Position numbers and translations under genes: made by a program
Assembly: GCF_021028975.2 (NCBI RefSeq)
Contig: NC_059428.1
Coordinates: 45,322,001 to 45,386,000 of the forward strand
Length of the DNA stretch: 64,000 bases
From: Sphaerodactylus townsendi
Taxonomy: Eukaryota
Direction: 5' to 3'
Part shown: positions 1-12,815 of the stretch, piece after piece
Layout: every line of letters begins with the position of its first letter
Position numbering within the stretch: the stretch's first letter is position 1
Notes under the pieces: generated by a model
The model's database searches: none
Told to the model about the DNA's origin: nothing
The model's input: the letters and a program-made list of their open reading frames with translations, nothing else

Positions 1-899
1 CTTGTTGATGTTACAGGCATTGTACCATTTGTGCTGACATATTCCATCCTGGATATTCAGAGATATGGATGTCAACTCTGTGTTGGAAAATTCCTGCAGA
101 TTTGGGGCTTGAATCCTGGGAAGAGAAAGGTTTGGGGAGCGGAAAGACCTCAGTATGGTATAATGTGATAGAGCCCATTTTCAAGAACAACCATTTTCTC
201 CAGGGGCAACTGATATTCATAGTCTGGAGATCTCCAGGCCTCACCTGGAGAATGAAAATTCCCTGAAGAAATATTCCCATCCCTTTCCATTTTTTAAAAC
301 TACTTGTATTTGTTCTTTATTAAATACTGTCACTCAGCTCTGCTTTCTTATCTTTATCTTCAAAAGCAATTTGAGGGGTGAGCCATGGCTCTGCTTGGCA
401 ACCAGAAGGTCCCATTTCAATTGGCATCTCCAGTTTAAAACAATTGGTAATGTTAAAAATCTTTACCTAAGATTCTGGAAGTCCGTTGCCAGTTTGAGTA
501 GACAATGTTGACTTTGACGGACCGGGGGTCTCATTCTGTAATCTGTTTATGGATTTTCAACCAAAATCGTTTAGACTTTTTACAGGTCCATCACATATGG
601 TAAAATGAACCTATAATTGTTCCACACTTCCAACAGAGCGGCGTTTAGAAAGGATTAATTTTGGACATTATTATTGGTGTTATGTACCACCTACCAATAT
701 TTTCCCATATATCAGAAATATAGGCATTCTAAGAGCTCAGCTACTTTACAGAGCCGTCATGTTATTCTTTGCTTGAAAAAGTGAGACCTCTGAGTGGTTG
801 GGGTCATTTAGAATTGTTATTTACTTTTCTTTAATGATACTGCTAAAGACCTTTAGCAGTGTCACACTACATAGAATAAAAATAAGAATAAAAATAATT

Positions 900-1290
900 T
901 AAATTACCAATGAGTTACCATGCTTGAGGTCCTTTGAATTTGATTATGTGAGCAAAAAAATTGGCTACAGTCAACATAACTCCTAAATCCATGTCTGCCA
1001 AGAGTTTCTTAACTTTATCTAATGTTGATAGCCCTAAAAGAGGAGTAATCTCTTCTTCTGGAAATCTCTTCTTATGGAAAAGGTACCTCAGTCCAGTAAG
1101 CAATGCTCCAAAGTTTTAATTTGTCCAGAAGCACAGTCACAAAGTCTATCAGAATATGCAGTCCTTTGCATCTGACCTTGCATTACTTGAAAGGGGACAG
1201 AGTTTAATCTTGCAAGCATAAATGTTCTCCTATATTGAAGAACAATTTAAAAATCTAAATATAGTAAAGGCACCTTTGGGTAAGAAAATC
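900..1290 (-). mobile_element. Decayed non-LTR retrotransposon ORF2 C-terminus (CCHC-type finger); clade not determined
   Basis: QYRRTFMLARLN...DRLCDCASGQIKTLEHCLLD* on the minus strand. Confidence 0.6.
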
Positions 1291-4200
1291 CAAGTATAAA
1301 GGGGAGCTTACTGTACAAGCTCTCTTTGTGGTGCTGATAAAGTCCAAGTTATACAGACCTTCATTCACCACAGAGCATGCAGCTGAACTTCCTGATAGAG
1401 CCAGATCTCACTTTCAAGATCATGGTGAGAGGGCATCCATTTTAGGGTCTACCTCCATGCTGTTTTCTGGATCTGAAATAATCTTATGTGCTATTATTAG
1501 TGTCATTGAATAAATATACATGTCCCATTAGACTACTGCAGGTAAGAAAAATGATAAGGGATAAAGGCTAAAACCCCTTCTATTTGAACCATGGTCCTGT
1601 TCTGAATTGGTCCGATGTGCACCTAATTTTTGAAGACAAATGCTGGGAACTCTGATCAAGAAACTCATGGAACTGAACTTTTTTCTGCTGTTCTAGCCAA
1701 GTCCCAGCACTCCTAATTAAATTCATCAGCATGGCATTGAATGTACTGCCATTCTTGTTTCAAACTGTGTTGTTGTGAGTGTACAGTACGTCGCTGCTGT
1801 GAAACTCTTGCTATTTTTACATTGAAAGGAGCACCAGGTCAGGGCTGAATGAAAAAATTCAGGCACATAATAGAAATGAGATATTGATTGCATCTTGCAA
1901 AGTCCTTTCTAGTATTTCCACATAAAGGACATCCTATACGTGAAAGTCCTTTGTCGCCAACCTTGAATATCAATGCAGCTTGTCAACACAGCTTGATTTT
2001 TTCGTTACCCTAGAGTCAGAAAGAAAGTGAAAACATCATAGTCAAGGATGTTGCATAACAATATATATTGTTAGCAAGTACGATAACATGGGAGTCAAAT
2101 ACAGCCAATCTATATATAAAATATAATTGGTATTTTATGTTCCTTTTCATTCCTTTTTTCCTTTCTTTTTTTCCCATTGAGCTCCTGTGAGCTCCTTATA
2201 GCTTTTAATAGCTATAGAATAAACATACATTCAGAAAATAACTAACTGGTCAGAAATTTGAGTTGATTCAGGACAACAGGTGAGCAACCTGTTGGCACCT
2301 TTTTTCTGTTCAGTTATTGCTTCCCCCCTTTTCTATATAGCTCATAGCTGTTGGTGTCAACAATCATCTGCCAAGGGCAGCAGGGCAAGTTCTCTGCATG
2401 GGTATTTCAAGCAACTGCCAGGGGCACTGTAATTTGAGGATGCTGCCATGAGAATGGGTGTGTCTTGTGTCCCTTGTTATCTCCCAGATTTGCCCTGTTT
2501 CCACCCAGTTCCAACTTAAGCTCTAGCCGTGGTTCCTCCCAAACTCTGGCTAGGGCAACACAAAGTGATAAGACAGGTGCACCTTGTCCATCACCATTCC
2601 CTCCAACCTCTGCCACCTGGGACCTGCTTGGGGCAACAAAATACATAGAGTCAGAGTCCACATCTGCAGGTTTTATAGTAAAAGAACACAGCTTGTTCTA
2701 TATGCTCCATTGATATTTCAGGCCTATAGAAGGTGTGATTTCATATCTCAAGAACAGTGTTTGCTCCTGCTCTCACCCTACTAAGTAGAGGGATTATCAC
2801 AGTTTGCCTGTGGTCAAAGGCTCAGGATAAATAACATTATTATTTGGAGAAGGCATCTGAAGATTAGTCTTTATATTTCAGCTAGCATTTTATTTACCAA
2901 AAAATAACATCAAGTATTACTTCCAAATAGTAGTGTATCTGTCACGTCAGTTGCTTTTTGAACCTCAAAACATCAGCTACTGTTCATAAACGATATCTTG
3001 TTTATTCAAAGACCACAGCAGTAATTGTCTTTGCATCCATGTACTACAGCATCACTACAGGTTGCACTGTTATTACTTGCTTAAGGCACTTGACTCTGTA
3101 AGTAGATTTGTTATTTTTGAAACCCAACCTTTTGTATTTCAATGTTTTATGAAAATGTTTTATCTCCAAGAGTTTTACTGGAAGAAGTTTTACTGTGGTT
3201 GATGTCTGCAAAAAAGTTTAGCTTTTTTTGGATCAACAATGAAGCTTGTTCAACACTGATTTTTTTCTGGATACCTGGATAGATGCACTTCATGAATAAT
3301 AGTAGTATAGTTCTTTGAGCATAACATATGAGGTGACAAAGTCTTTTTTTCTGTGGGTGTGGCAGTTGTTCCAAGAGCCTTCCTTTATATTTGATATTTG
3401 AAGGACATGGTTGAAACCTATCTGGTCATGCATTTCTGATTTGTTTTGGTGTTTTATGTATACAGAGATATTTTGTTGGTCATGCATTGATTTGTCTTGG
3501 TAAACAGAGATATTTTGTATTTACTTTTGATATATATAGTTCAATTTCTTATTCTTTGAAATATCAACTCTACCTTTCTGTTCATAATATTAGCATTGGT
3601 TTGCTATATTGCTATACTGTTTGCTATACTGCTATACTGTTAAATATATTCCAAGGTGCCAACCAGAATGAATGAGAAGAAACTGAGACCCAAAAATAAG
3701 GGGGGGGGGGTGTTTTGGAATTTGAAGTGGGAATAAACAAATAGCAGATCATGAAATGAAGAGTGCAAAACAAAGGAGGAGAAAAGCCTGGAAAGAGTTA
3801 GAAAAATGTAGGAAAAGGCAACAACTTCTTAAACAAAATTGCTACCACACACTAACATTGCTGCCCTTTTGCAAAATCAGGCTGCATGGGAGCTAGCCAG
3901 AACTAATGGAAAAAGGAGGGCATAGACTGATGAAGGTAATGATCTTGTTAAGAGACTGTATCTTAGCAATGACTTTAGCTTGTCCTGGCTGGTCTTGCCT
4001 TACTCCAACACTGGCTTGGCTGATGAGGTTAAGAGGATCTGAGAAGGAAGGGTTTCTCTCAGCCTCCTAGTAAACTTTGAAGAAAGGCCAAACCAGCACT
4101 TTAGTAGTATATTCTGCCTTCCCTAATCCCCAAGTGGCTGCAGTCAGAACTGCATTAGAAAAAAAATTAATTGCATTTTATGAATACAGCATAATGCTGG

Positions 4201-4435
4201 CTTAAGTAGCCCTCCACCTGACTTCAGGCCCAGAATTTTGCCTTCTCAGTTCACTCCTTTTGACAGTCCTGTTCCTGGGATTGTCCCTGGCATGCTGCAG
4301 AAAATACCTGTTGAAATTCTTGCTTCTTGTAGGTGAGGAGAAAGAGAGCACAAAGGACCCAGGAAGAGGAGGAGTCAGAGAGAAGCATCCAGCTTAGACA
4401 AAGCAAGGCATCCTATTCAGTTAGAGGATAACCCA

Positions 4436-4630
4436 CTATATGGTACTAGTGAAAACAGAAATATAGCAAACGCCCCCCCCCAGTGTATAGGTGTTCTGAG
4501 TGACCTGTACTCCAACAAAGCCCCGGTTGAGAGGATTCTGTAAGCCCCTATATGGTACTAGTGAAAACAGAAATATAGCAAACGCCCCCCCCCAGTGTAT
4601 AGGTGTTCTGAGTGACCTGTACTCCAACAA
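4436..4630 (+). repeat. Direct duplication of an approximately 84-bp segment
   Basis: ctatatggtactagtgaaaacag...ctccaacaaa occurs at 4436 and 4547. Confidence 0.9.
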
Positions 4631-5345
4631 ACTACAGCTGACTTGAACCAAAGTGTAAGCCCCGGTTGAGGATTCTGGAGAGAAATATTGCCGTGAGTAT
4701 ACCCTCTTCCTGCCACCTGGGGATGCAGGCAGAGGCGTACAGCTCTAGGGACATGTGGTACCCCATTTCCCCAGTGCATGCCTTTTGGTTACATGGGAGG
4801 CACTGAATGGCCTTCCCCATGTGACCAAATGGTTTGCACTTTGGCTGGAGGTGAGAAGCTGAGCCGGTGCGTGGCCGTGGCACCCAGTGCCCTGCTCAGT
4901 TCCTCACCTCCAGCTTGATGCACAAAGCTCAGCCGACCGCTAGAGCTCCCAGTCCTGCCTTCCCCAGCTGTGGAGGGAAAGACTGGGAGCCCCTGCAGCC
5001 CTGGCACTGGCTCAGCTTCTCGCCTCCTGCCCGAGGTGAGAAGCTGACCTGACCACCGGAGCGCCCAGGCCTGTCTGTCCCAGCTGGGGGGGAGGACTGG
5101 CAGCCCCAGCTGCAGGGCTGGAAAGAGGGGTTGCCCTTAGCTCCCCTTCTCGCCCAGCAGCCGGGATGCCAGAGAAACTGGCACCCCAGCTGCTAGGCTG
5201 GGAAGAGATACTGCAAGTAAGCGGGGCTTACTTGTGAGTAAGCAGTGCTCTAGAGGGATTTTTGCCTCCGGGCACCATTTGGCCCCCATATGCCTCTGGA
5301 TGCAGGTAGTGCGTCCTTCACAAACTAACAAGACTAATACTCTTC

Positions 5346-6129
5346 GGCCGTTTTCGCACACACTTTTTATTCTAGAATAAAAGCAAACCGCATTGATTCC
5401 TGACCTTTTTGATGCAGTTTCGTCGCTCGATGGCATTCACACATGGCCAGGTAGTCACACATCTTCTGCCTGCTTCGCAGCTGTCCGGGTTTCTACGCCA
5501 CAGCCCAGGAATGCAGTGCATAAGCTTGACGCCAGCTCTGATTGGCTATTCACCATCATGGGGCAGTCAGGCGGCTTCAAATTGCTTCCATCCCTGTTTC
5601 CGTGGGATTTGGGCACAATCATTTGAGCTACCGTGTTAACGCAGGCATGAAACTTGACCGAATGAAGTCCACCCGATGCTGCAAATGTATCAAAGCAAAG
5701 ATGCCCCGGCGACTTGGTAGCCTCGAGCTATCAGGCTGCACACAGCTGAACGCGAGGAGGAGTGGAGTCGAGTGAGACTCAAAGCGGAACAATGCCGGAT
5801 GTGCTTGTGATGCAACAGAGCAGAAGCCCAATCGCGTTCCCATTGGCTGGATCAAATCGCGCCACACTGTGCACAATCACCCTGACTATCAGCTTACTCC
5901 AGATTTGTTTACGCACCTAGCCCACCAGATTGGGGGGGGGGGGGGGGAAACCGGTTTTCAAAGAGAGTTGCAGAAGTGCTCGGCATTGGAAAAATGCGGA
6001 ACAACGGCTGGAATGTGGCACAGAAGGGGGTCGGGACACATTTCAGCTTAAGTGTGTGCAAACAAATGTGGGAAACAGCAACGAACTCACATGCTGGATC
6101 TGCAACAAACAGTGTGTGCGAAAACGCCC
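5346..6129. mobile_element. Harbinger/PIF-like non-autonomous DNA transposon
   Basis: TIRs GGCCGTTTTCGCACACACT / AGTGTGTGCGAAAACGCCC, 3-bp TSD ttc, CpG-rich. Confidence 0.8.
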
Positions 6130-7089
6130 TTCATCTTGCACCTTGTACATTCCCTCTGCATTCACCCCCAGCTCTGGAATGCAAAATTAGATTAAGCCGG
6201 AATAGAGGATGAAATAAATTATTAAGCCTTATTATTAAGTCTTAGGACCCTTAGTTGGTCACCCATCTTCTGTATGTTAGATTTTTTTGGGGATTAACTT
6301 GTGTTTGATCTAATTTTAACACTCTTAACCTTTATGTGAGCCCCCCTGAGCCCAGTCTTGGCTGGGAAGGGCTGGGTATAACTATAATAAAATAAAAATA
6401 AAATAGCAACCCTTGCCTTTGGACCTCCTGTATGAGTCCATTTGGGTTCTGTTTTTTAACAGCCATTCCCTGCAGCTGCGGTTATTTTATTTATTTATTT
6501 ATTATTGCATTTATAAACCGCCCCATCCCCTAAGGGCTCTGGGCGGTGGACAACAAGTATTACAAGTTTGTGGCAAATCCAAGTTGGGTCTGGGAAATCT
6601 GAATTTGTAGTTTGGCCCTAAGATTCGCAGCATATGTGGGGCTGTTTCCAGTGCTAAGAATAGAGATTTGTGCTGCTGGGGAAAGCAGGGAGGCACCACT
6701 TAAGACATGGATCAGTAGATATCCTCCTTCATCACACTGCAGACACCCCTGCTTCAAAAGCACACATCACATTTTCTAGGTTGTCTGTTATCTACTGTGA
6801 AATCTGTCTGACTAGTTGCCTGTATCATTTAACCAAAGTCTTATGTGACAAAAAAGAAATCTCAATGGAAAATGTGTGTGTGTGCAAAATAACTTAGAAG
6901 CCTGAAAGTGCTGTTCAGAGCTCTGGAAAAAAACCAGTGGTTTCTCCACAGGAAGTCTGTGATGTGTGTTTATAATAAGAACAAATCTTTCAGGGCAGGT
7001 GACAATAAGTGTAATGTTTTGACTTGAGACATATTGTTTTGCCTTCACGTATTGCTATGTGTTACGAGTGTTGTTAATTATTCCATTAG

Positions 7090-7665
7090 ACCTTTAAGGC
7101 CTTGCGCGGCCTGGGACCTCCGTACCTACAGGACCATCTTGCCCCATATGTCCCAAATCGACCTCTGCGTTCAGCAGAGGCCAATTTGCTGGTGATCCCT
7201 GGCCCCTCAATGATGCGGCTAGCTCCACGAGACCCAGAGCTTTTGAAAGCTCTGGCCTGCCTGATGGAACACTCTACCTCCCAGCTTCACCTTGGCGAGA
7301 CCCTCTGCCCGGGATCCTGAGATGATTTCCACGCCCAGGGCCTGCCAAAGCTGGAGGTTGTTCCACCGGGCCTTTGGGGAGTCTGGCCGCTGATGGGCCC
7401 CCATCCCCCCCCTTTTAACATCTGTGGACCCTGCTGTTTCTCCTCTCTTTTCCTCTTCCCCTCTCTTTTTAGGGGATTTATTAGTTGGACACCATCAATA
7501 CCTGATGCTAGAACGCTGCATTTTAATGGGGTTGGTTTTAAATATATATATAGAGCCGTTTTGTAATGTTTACTGATTTTATTGTGCTCTATCTTTCTGT
7601 TCGCCGCCCTGAGCCCTTCGGGGGAGGGCGGTTTATAAATATAATAAATAATAATATTAATAAAT
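7090..7665 (+). mobile_element. L2 LINE 3' end
   Basis: FKALRGLGPPYLQDHLAPYVPNRPLRSA followed by the tail cgccctgagcccttcggggagggcgg-(taaa)n. Confidence 0.85.
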
Positions 7666-7833
7666 TACTATAAATTACATTGTAATTAGATAATGCATGT
7701 ATATATCATAGCAATTATCTTAGATGAAGCATTCCCTGCTATGAAAGAAGAATACCTCTTCTAACAGAGCACTTGCTATTTTTATAACTTAATAACCCAC
7801 GAAAGCCTTCCTGTGCTGCACACACAGGTGTAG

Positions 7834-8375
7834 TCGTGCCCAGTCTCAAAGGACAGAACAGGTGGCAGCCAAGAGTGTAGTCAAGACAGTCCAATGGGTC
7901 AAAGCAGGCAGCAGGCAAAGGCGTAGTCATGGGTCAGTTCAACAGATCATGGCACAGGAGATCAGGTAAACAGGCTGGGAATCAGCAGTAGACCAGGCAC
8001 ATGGAGACAACAGGAAACACCTTGTTGCACCCAAGCAAGCTCACAGCAATGCTTATATAGAGAGCCTTGTCCAAGGGACAAGGAGTTAATCCTCCTTTGC
8101 TTAATCCTGCAAGGAGTTAATTCTCCTTTGCTTCTGCAGCAGCTGCCTCTGCTTCTGACTCCTATGCACAACTGACTCATTGCTGGGTTCCCTAGAAGGA
8201 TCTTCAGGCTCCTCCACCTGCTTGTCATCAGGCAGGGAAGGGCTGGGAGTTGGCTTTGCTGCCTGGTCTTCCTCAAGACCAGCCAATTCTGGCTGCACCG
8301 TGTTGTCAGGTTCTGCTTCAGAGTCCCCTGTATCCAGAGTCCTCTGTATTAAGTAGCCAGGGGCTGGCTCATGAC
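7834..8375 (-). mobile_element. Probable solo LTR
   Basis: Minus strand starts (c)GTCATGAGCCAG and ends GGCACGAC (terminal inverted motif), with an internal TATA near 8054 and a short tandem repeat at 8080-8132. Confidence 0.5.
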
Positions 8376-9364
8376 GCTTACTGGATCACTCCAATAGCCC
8401 ATCTAATCAGTATCCTGTTTTCCCTTGAAAGCTCCGAAGCAAGGACAGAGACAAAGACTTCCCAGCAACTGATTCTCTGAACCCTCTTAGCCCCAACTGC
8501 CTCTATTATGGGAAAATGAGTTTGTGAGCCGCCTTGAGTTTCCTTGTAGGAGAGAAAGGCAGCAGGGGGTGGGAAGGTATAAATCCAAACTCTTCTTCTT
8601 CTCTTCTGATTCTCATGGACTGCTCTCCCATTATCATGGACTTCTGAAGGGATAAAATTTGGGGGGGGTGTATGTTAATGTTTCCAGGAGGTAGAACATC
8701 TTTAAGTTGTTGTTGGTGGGTCTAATATGGAGGCAGTGTGTGTGTGTTGGAGGGGGTTTGAGTGGCTCTTCCCTGAGGGCTGGCTGAGGGACCCCCTCCT
8801 CTCCCACCTGCCACCTGGCTGCAGCTCACCTGGGCTAGGGCAGGATAGTCTTCTTGCTGGCACGGCTGGCAGGTGAGCTCTTTCTCTTCTTCATGGCTAT
8901 CAGGTCACTCATGTCAGGTAGGGTTGCCCCCAGGTTGGCCATCTTGAACCCGCCAGCTACGGGGGCCCCAACAGCACCCCGCCTCGCCAGGATGACCCAG
9001 ACACCCCCCAGCCTCAGTCCATCTTAGCCCCCCCACCTGATGGAGAGGCTGGCCTTGTAGGGCCCTGCCCTGCCTGTCCTAGGCTGCTGGTGGAGCCCAG
9101 TGGTGGGTTGTTGGGGGTCTGCTTCTAGTCCTGGGGAGCTAGGACTACTTCACAGCACCCTCTGGAGGTGTCCCATCACCTGCCACTGCAGTCCCCACCT
9201 CCCCGTCAGCCTCAGCACACCTATGCCAGGCAGGGCCGGGTGACCATGGGGGGGGCATGACGTCAATGGACCCTTGCCGAGCTGCACTGCCCCAGGGAGT
9301 GAGCGGGGGGAGGGGGTGGCTGGGGACAGCTGGACAAAGGTCTGTAGCTGTCATGGCTCCCCTG

Positions 9365-9677
9365 AAGAGGTAAAGCTACAAGGGGGCCAGGGGTGTGTGC
9401 GTTGCACTGGATGCGCGCCTGGGGGTGCAAAAATTTGTGGTTTTTTGTGGTTTTTGGTTTTTTGTATTTTTGTGGGTTTTGTATTTTTAGTGTTTTTCCC
9501 CAGTTTTTGGCCTGCAGGGCCAAAGAGGTAAAGCTACAAGGGGGCCAGGGGTGTGTGCGTTGCACTGGATGCACGCCTGGGGGTGCAAAGATTTGTGGGT
9601 TTTTGTGGTTTTTGGTTTTTTGTATTTTTGTGGGTTTTGTATTTTTAGTGTTTTTCCCCAGTTTTTGGCCTGCAGGG
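9365..9677 (+). repeat. Tandem duplication of an approximately 158-bp unit
   Basis: Two near-identical units starting aagaggtaaagctacaagggggccagggg, inside a repeat-like region. Confidence 0.9.
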
Positions 9678-10194
9678 GGCGCAGTTTTTAGGGTAGCAGT
9701 ACCAAAATTTCAGGGTATCTTTAAGATACTCTCCTGATGATACCACCCAGTTTTGGTGATGTTTAGTTCAGGGGGTCCAACGTTATGGACTTCCAAAGGG
9801 GGTACCCCATCCCCCATTGTTTCCAATGGAAACTAATATAAGAGGGTCAGATTAAATAGTGCTTTGGTGCACAATAGTGCACAAACTATGTCCCTGTTGA
9901 AAACAGTGACATTAAATAAATACTGTTTCTTAGTTCCAGGTCATTTTTCTCATCCTATTGTACTTGCCAGGCCTCATATGTTGGTTTGTTTGTCCAATGA
10001 AATGATACTCCATAACTTTTCTTGTTGCAACGAAACGTTCATCCATATGTGCCATAACCTTTGTCAGTTATTCAATGCAAAAGCTCTGATTTCATGGGAG
10101 GTGGCAATCTTAGCTCCTTTGTTTTTGTTTTTGTTTGCTTGCTCTCAGGCAAACTTTTTCTTTTGATCAGTGTAGCTGAGTTTGGACCCATATC

Positions 10195-10365
10195 CAGAGG
10201 TGGGATTCAGCAGGTTCGCACCACTACGGCAGAACCAGTTGTTAAAATGGTGCTTGTAAACAACCAGTTTTTAAATTATTTGAATCCCATCACTAGAACC
10301 AGTTGTTAAATGATTTGAATCCCACCACCAGAACTGGTTGTTAAATTATTTTAATCCTACCACTG
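10195..10365. mobile_element. hAT MITE with tandemly reiterated right end
   Basis: 8-bp TSD cccatatc, TIR CAG.GGTGGGATTCA, and about 35-bp units each ending in a right-TIR-like sequence. Confidence 0.85.
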
Positions 10366-12004
10366 CCCATATCCAATGCTGGCAGAGAGCTAATGACTTA
10401 ATGAATGCACTGATTAAAAGTGAAGTTAAATGTTTATTAGGAACTAAATTTCAGATAAGAAAGCTGGGAGACAGGGACATCCTGCATCTACCCTAATAAC
10501 TAGAGGAGGAGGGACAGGAGACGTCTGAGAAGTAGGAGGAAATTACACATGAGAGTATCGATCTAAGTACAGATGAAGTGACTCTAAAGAATGGAAGGGT
10601 CTCTAAACTTACAACTGTATCTCACTGACCACTTACCTGTTCTCTGCTGGGTCTTCTCATTTCCTTTGCACGAGAGATATTGTTATTTCCAACAATTGGG
10701 GAGAGGCTGTGTTCTGAAGAGGGACCTACTTTGCATGCATCTGCTTGGAATACAGAAGATCCCAGGTGCAATAGTAGCATCTAAAGTTAAAAGGATCAAA
10801 TAGTATAGGTGATGTGAAAGATCTCTGTTTGAGACCCTGGACAGTTTCTGCCAGTCTGAGTAGAAACAACTGGGTAGGCAATACCATATTTCAGTGGTCC
10901 AGGTTCAGAACATGGTGCAGTGCAAAGCACAATCAATCTGATACCAGGGGTGAGACATAGGAAACTTTTAGTTTGAACTGCAGCCAAAATAGGCAACTGA
11001 CCAAAAGCAGAAGCAAAGTTACCGCTACAGTTCAGAGGTCATATAGGCAAAAACATCATTGAATATATCATCCTTAGCCAACCTTTTACATAGGAGAACA
11101 GGTGAAGCCCCTTTTTAGGAGATTTCATGTGTCCCATGACCAAGAGGGTCTTAGGGATAGAGATTTTGCCATGCCAATGAAACCCAGGGCAATATTCTAA
11201 CAAAGTTTCACATGAATCTCTTCCACTGCAAGTTTGCATAACAATGAACTGGTGTTTTGGCTAATGTCTTTATCTCTTATCCTGGAGGAGGAAGGATTTA
11301 ATTAATGGCCTTTCTGAAAAGTTTATGTTCTTCAAGTACCTTTGATGTGCAGGAGACTTGTAACACCCTACTGATTTATTGCTTCAGCTAGGAAGAGCCA
11401 TTGACACTTCAGTATCTTTTAATATGGGCGTAGTTAAAGACAAGCACTCATAGGCTGGATGCCCTGAAGTTATGCATGGAGCAAAATGCCAGTAAACAAG
11501 AATGAACTAGTTTTTCTCTTTGGTTTAGCCAAGCCACAAAGAACCAATTTCTTTATTAATATCTATTATCTAATAAAAAATATACCCCTGGTTATGTTGC
11601 TGCATAGGTAAGTAGATATTTACTGACTTTGAGGACTGATGGTCTGATTCAGCATAAGGTGACTTCATATGTTCATTAGTAAATAAATTAAATGGCTGGC
11701 TGTCTTTCACCTTTTTCTGTGGAGGTACACTATGGGTTCCTGGTGTGGGATCTCCTACAATGTTGTCATGCTTTGACCATTCATGCTTTGTTACGATAGG
11801 GAGGTTGTGAGAAAATAATAACAGTAAAATGCTAAACCCACACGTGTTCCATTTCTGCCTAAACAAAGGCTTGCAATTCTCAAAAAACATACATTCCGTA
11901 GCTCATGCTGAGAATCTGATTACAAAAGTCATCATGTGTCCTAATTTCTAACATGAGAAGAATGTAAGGCTTCATCATGAAATACATCTATTCTTGAGGA
12001 CTTC

Positions 12005-12270
12005 ATAACCACGAATCTTTAAATTGGCAGTGAAAAGCTCTGTACAAGAGCGAGCTTTTCACTGTCATATGTCAAAAGAACAACTCTTCTATCTCACCTT
12101 TTCTTCCTTACAGAGAAGAAGGAAGTCTCAGCTCTGATCCCATGGTGGTTACTGAAGCTTCGTCTGCCACGTTTCCTGTTTGTAACTGCAAACATTTAAA
12201 CTGCAATTTAAGTTTCCAGATCAAGTCAAAGTTGGGTCAAGAAACAAAAGCCCTCAAAGTCTTTGACGCT
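12005..12270 (+). promoter_or_regulatory. Putative T-cell promoter of TRAT1 (RUNX, ETS and TCF/LEF motifs)
   Basis: AACCAC 12007-12012, AGGAAGT 12120-12126, GTGGTT 12145-12150, TTCCTGT 12173-12179, and inverted TCF-type pair TCAAAG-t-CTTTGA 12254-12266, all just upstream of exon 1. Confidence 0.5.
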
Positions 12271-12311
12271 GTCAGCCCCGAACTCCATTTTCTCCCATTT
12301 GTTCTGTCAAC

Positions 12312-12327
12312 ATGAAGCAGGAAAAAG
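12312..12327 (+). CDS. TRAT1: TRAT1 coding exon 1 (MKQEK+G, phase 1)
   Basis: ATG at 12312 and donor AG|GTATGG at 12328. Phase 1 joins exon 2 in frame. It lies just downstream of an ETS/RUNX/TCF motif cluster. Confidence 0.7.
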
Positions 12328-12650
12328 GTATGGATATTTTCATGTTCCTGAATGCTCAAATTTTATATTAAAAATATGCCTGATAATTTGACATTATCAT
12401 TTTCAGAAACCTTAGATAATCTCTACTGAAGGAAGACTTCCACTAATACTTAATATCACTATCATATTTAAAGAATTTTCATTTTTATCTTGTGCCTTTC
12501 CCCCATTGGAGCATATACTTTGAATATGTAAAACCCAATTCATGGTTCTAATTAATTGCCTTTTAAAAACCTCTTTTCTGATATTCAGATCAGCCTTGAG
12601 ACAGCATAAAAATTACTATTTAGTTTATGTTGATTCAACATTTATTCAGT

Positions 12651-12815
12651 TATTGTCGAAGGCTTTCACGGGCTGGATTCAACTGGTTGTGGTGGGTTTT
12701 CCGGGCTTCTCTCTGTGATACACCTCTGAAGATGCCAGCCACAGATGCAGGCGAAACATTAGGAACAAGATCTACCAGACCACGGCCACACAGCCCAAAA
12801 AACCCACCACAAACA
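12651..12815. mobile_element. Penelope pLTR remnant in inverted arrangement, hammerhead motif at 12723-12763 (+)
   Basis: cct-CTGAAGA-t-gcc...ggc-GAAA-catt-agg, with mutually complementary outer arms. Confidence 0.85.

Noticed and set aside
10225-10365. CRISPR-like array of approximately 35-bp repeats
   Set aside because: There are no unique spacers, the context is eukaryotic, and the repeats lie within a TIR- and TSD-bounded hAT MITE.
1-12000. Exons of DZIP3 or RETNLB, expected upstream of TRAT1 from human synteny
   Set aside because: I recognised no RING-finger or resistin cysteine pattern. ORFs here map to repeats or appear random.
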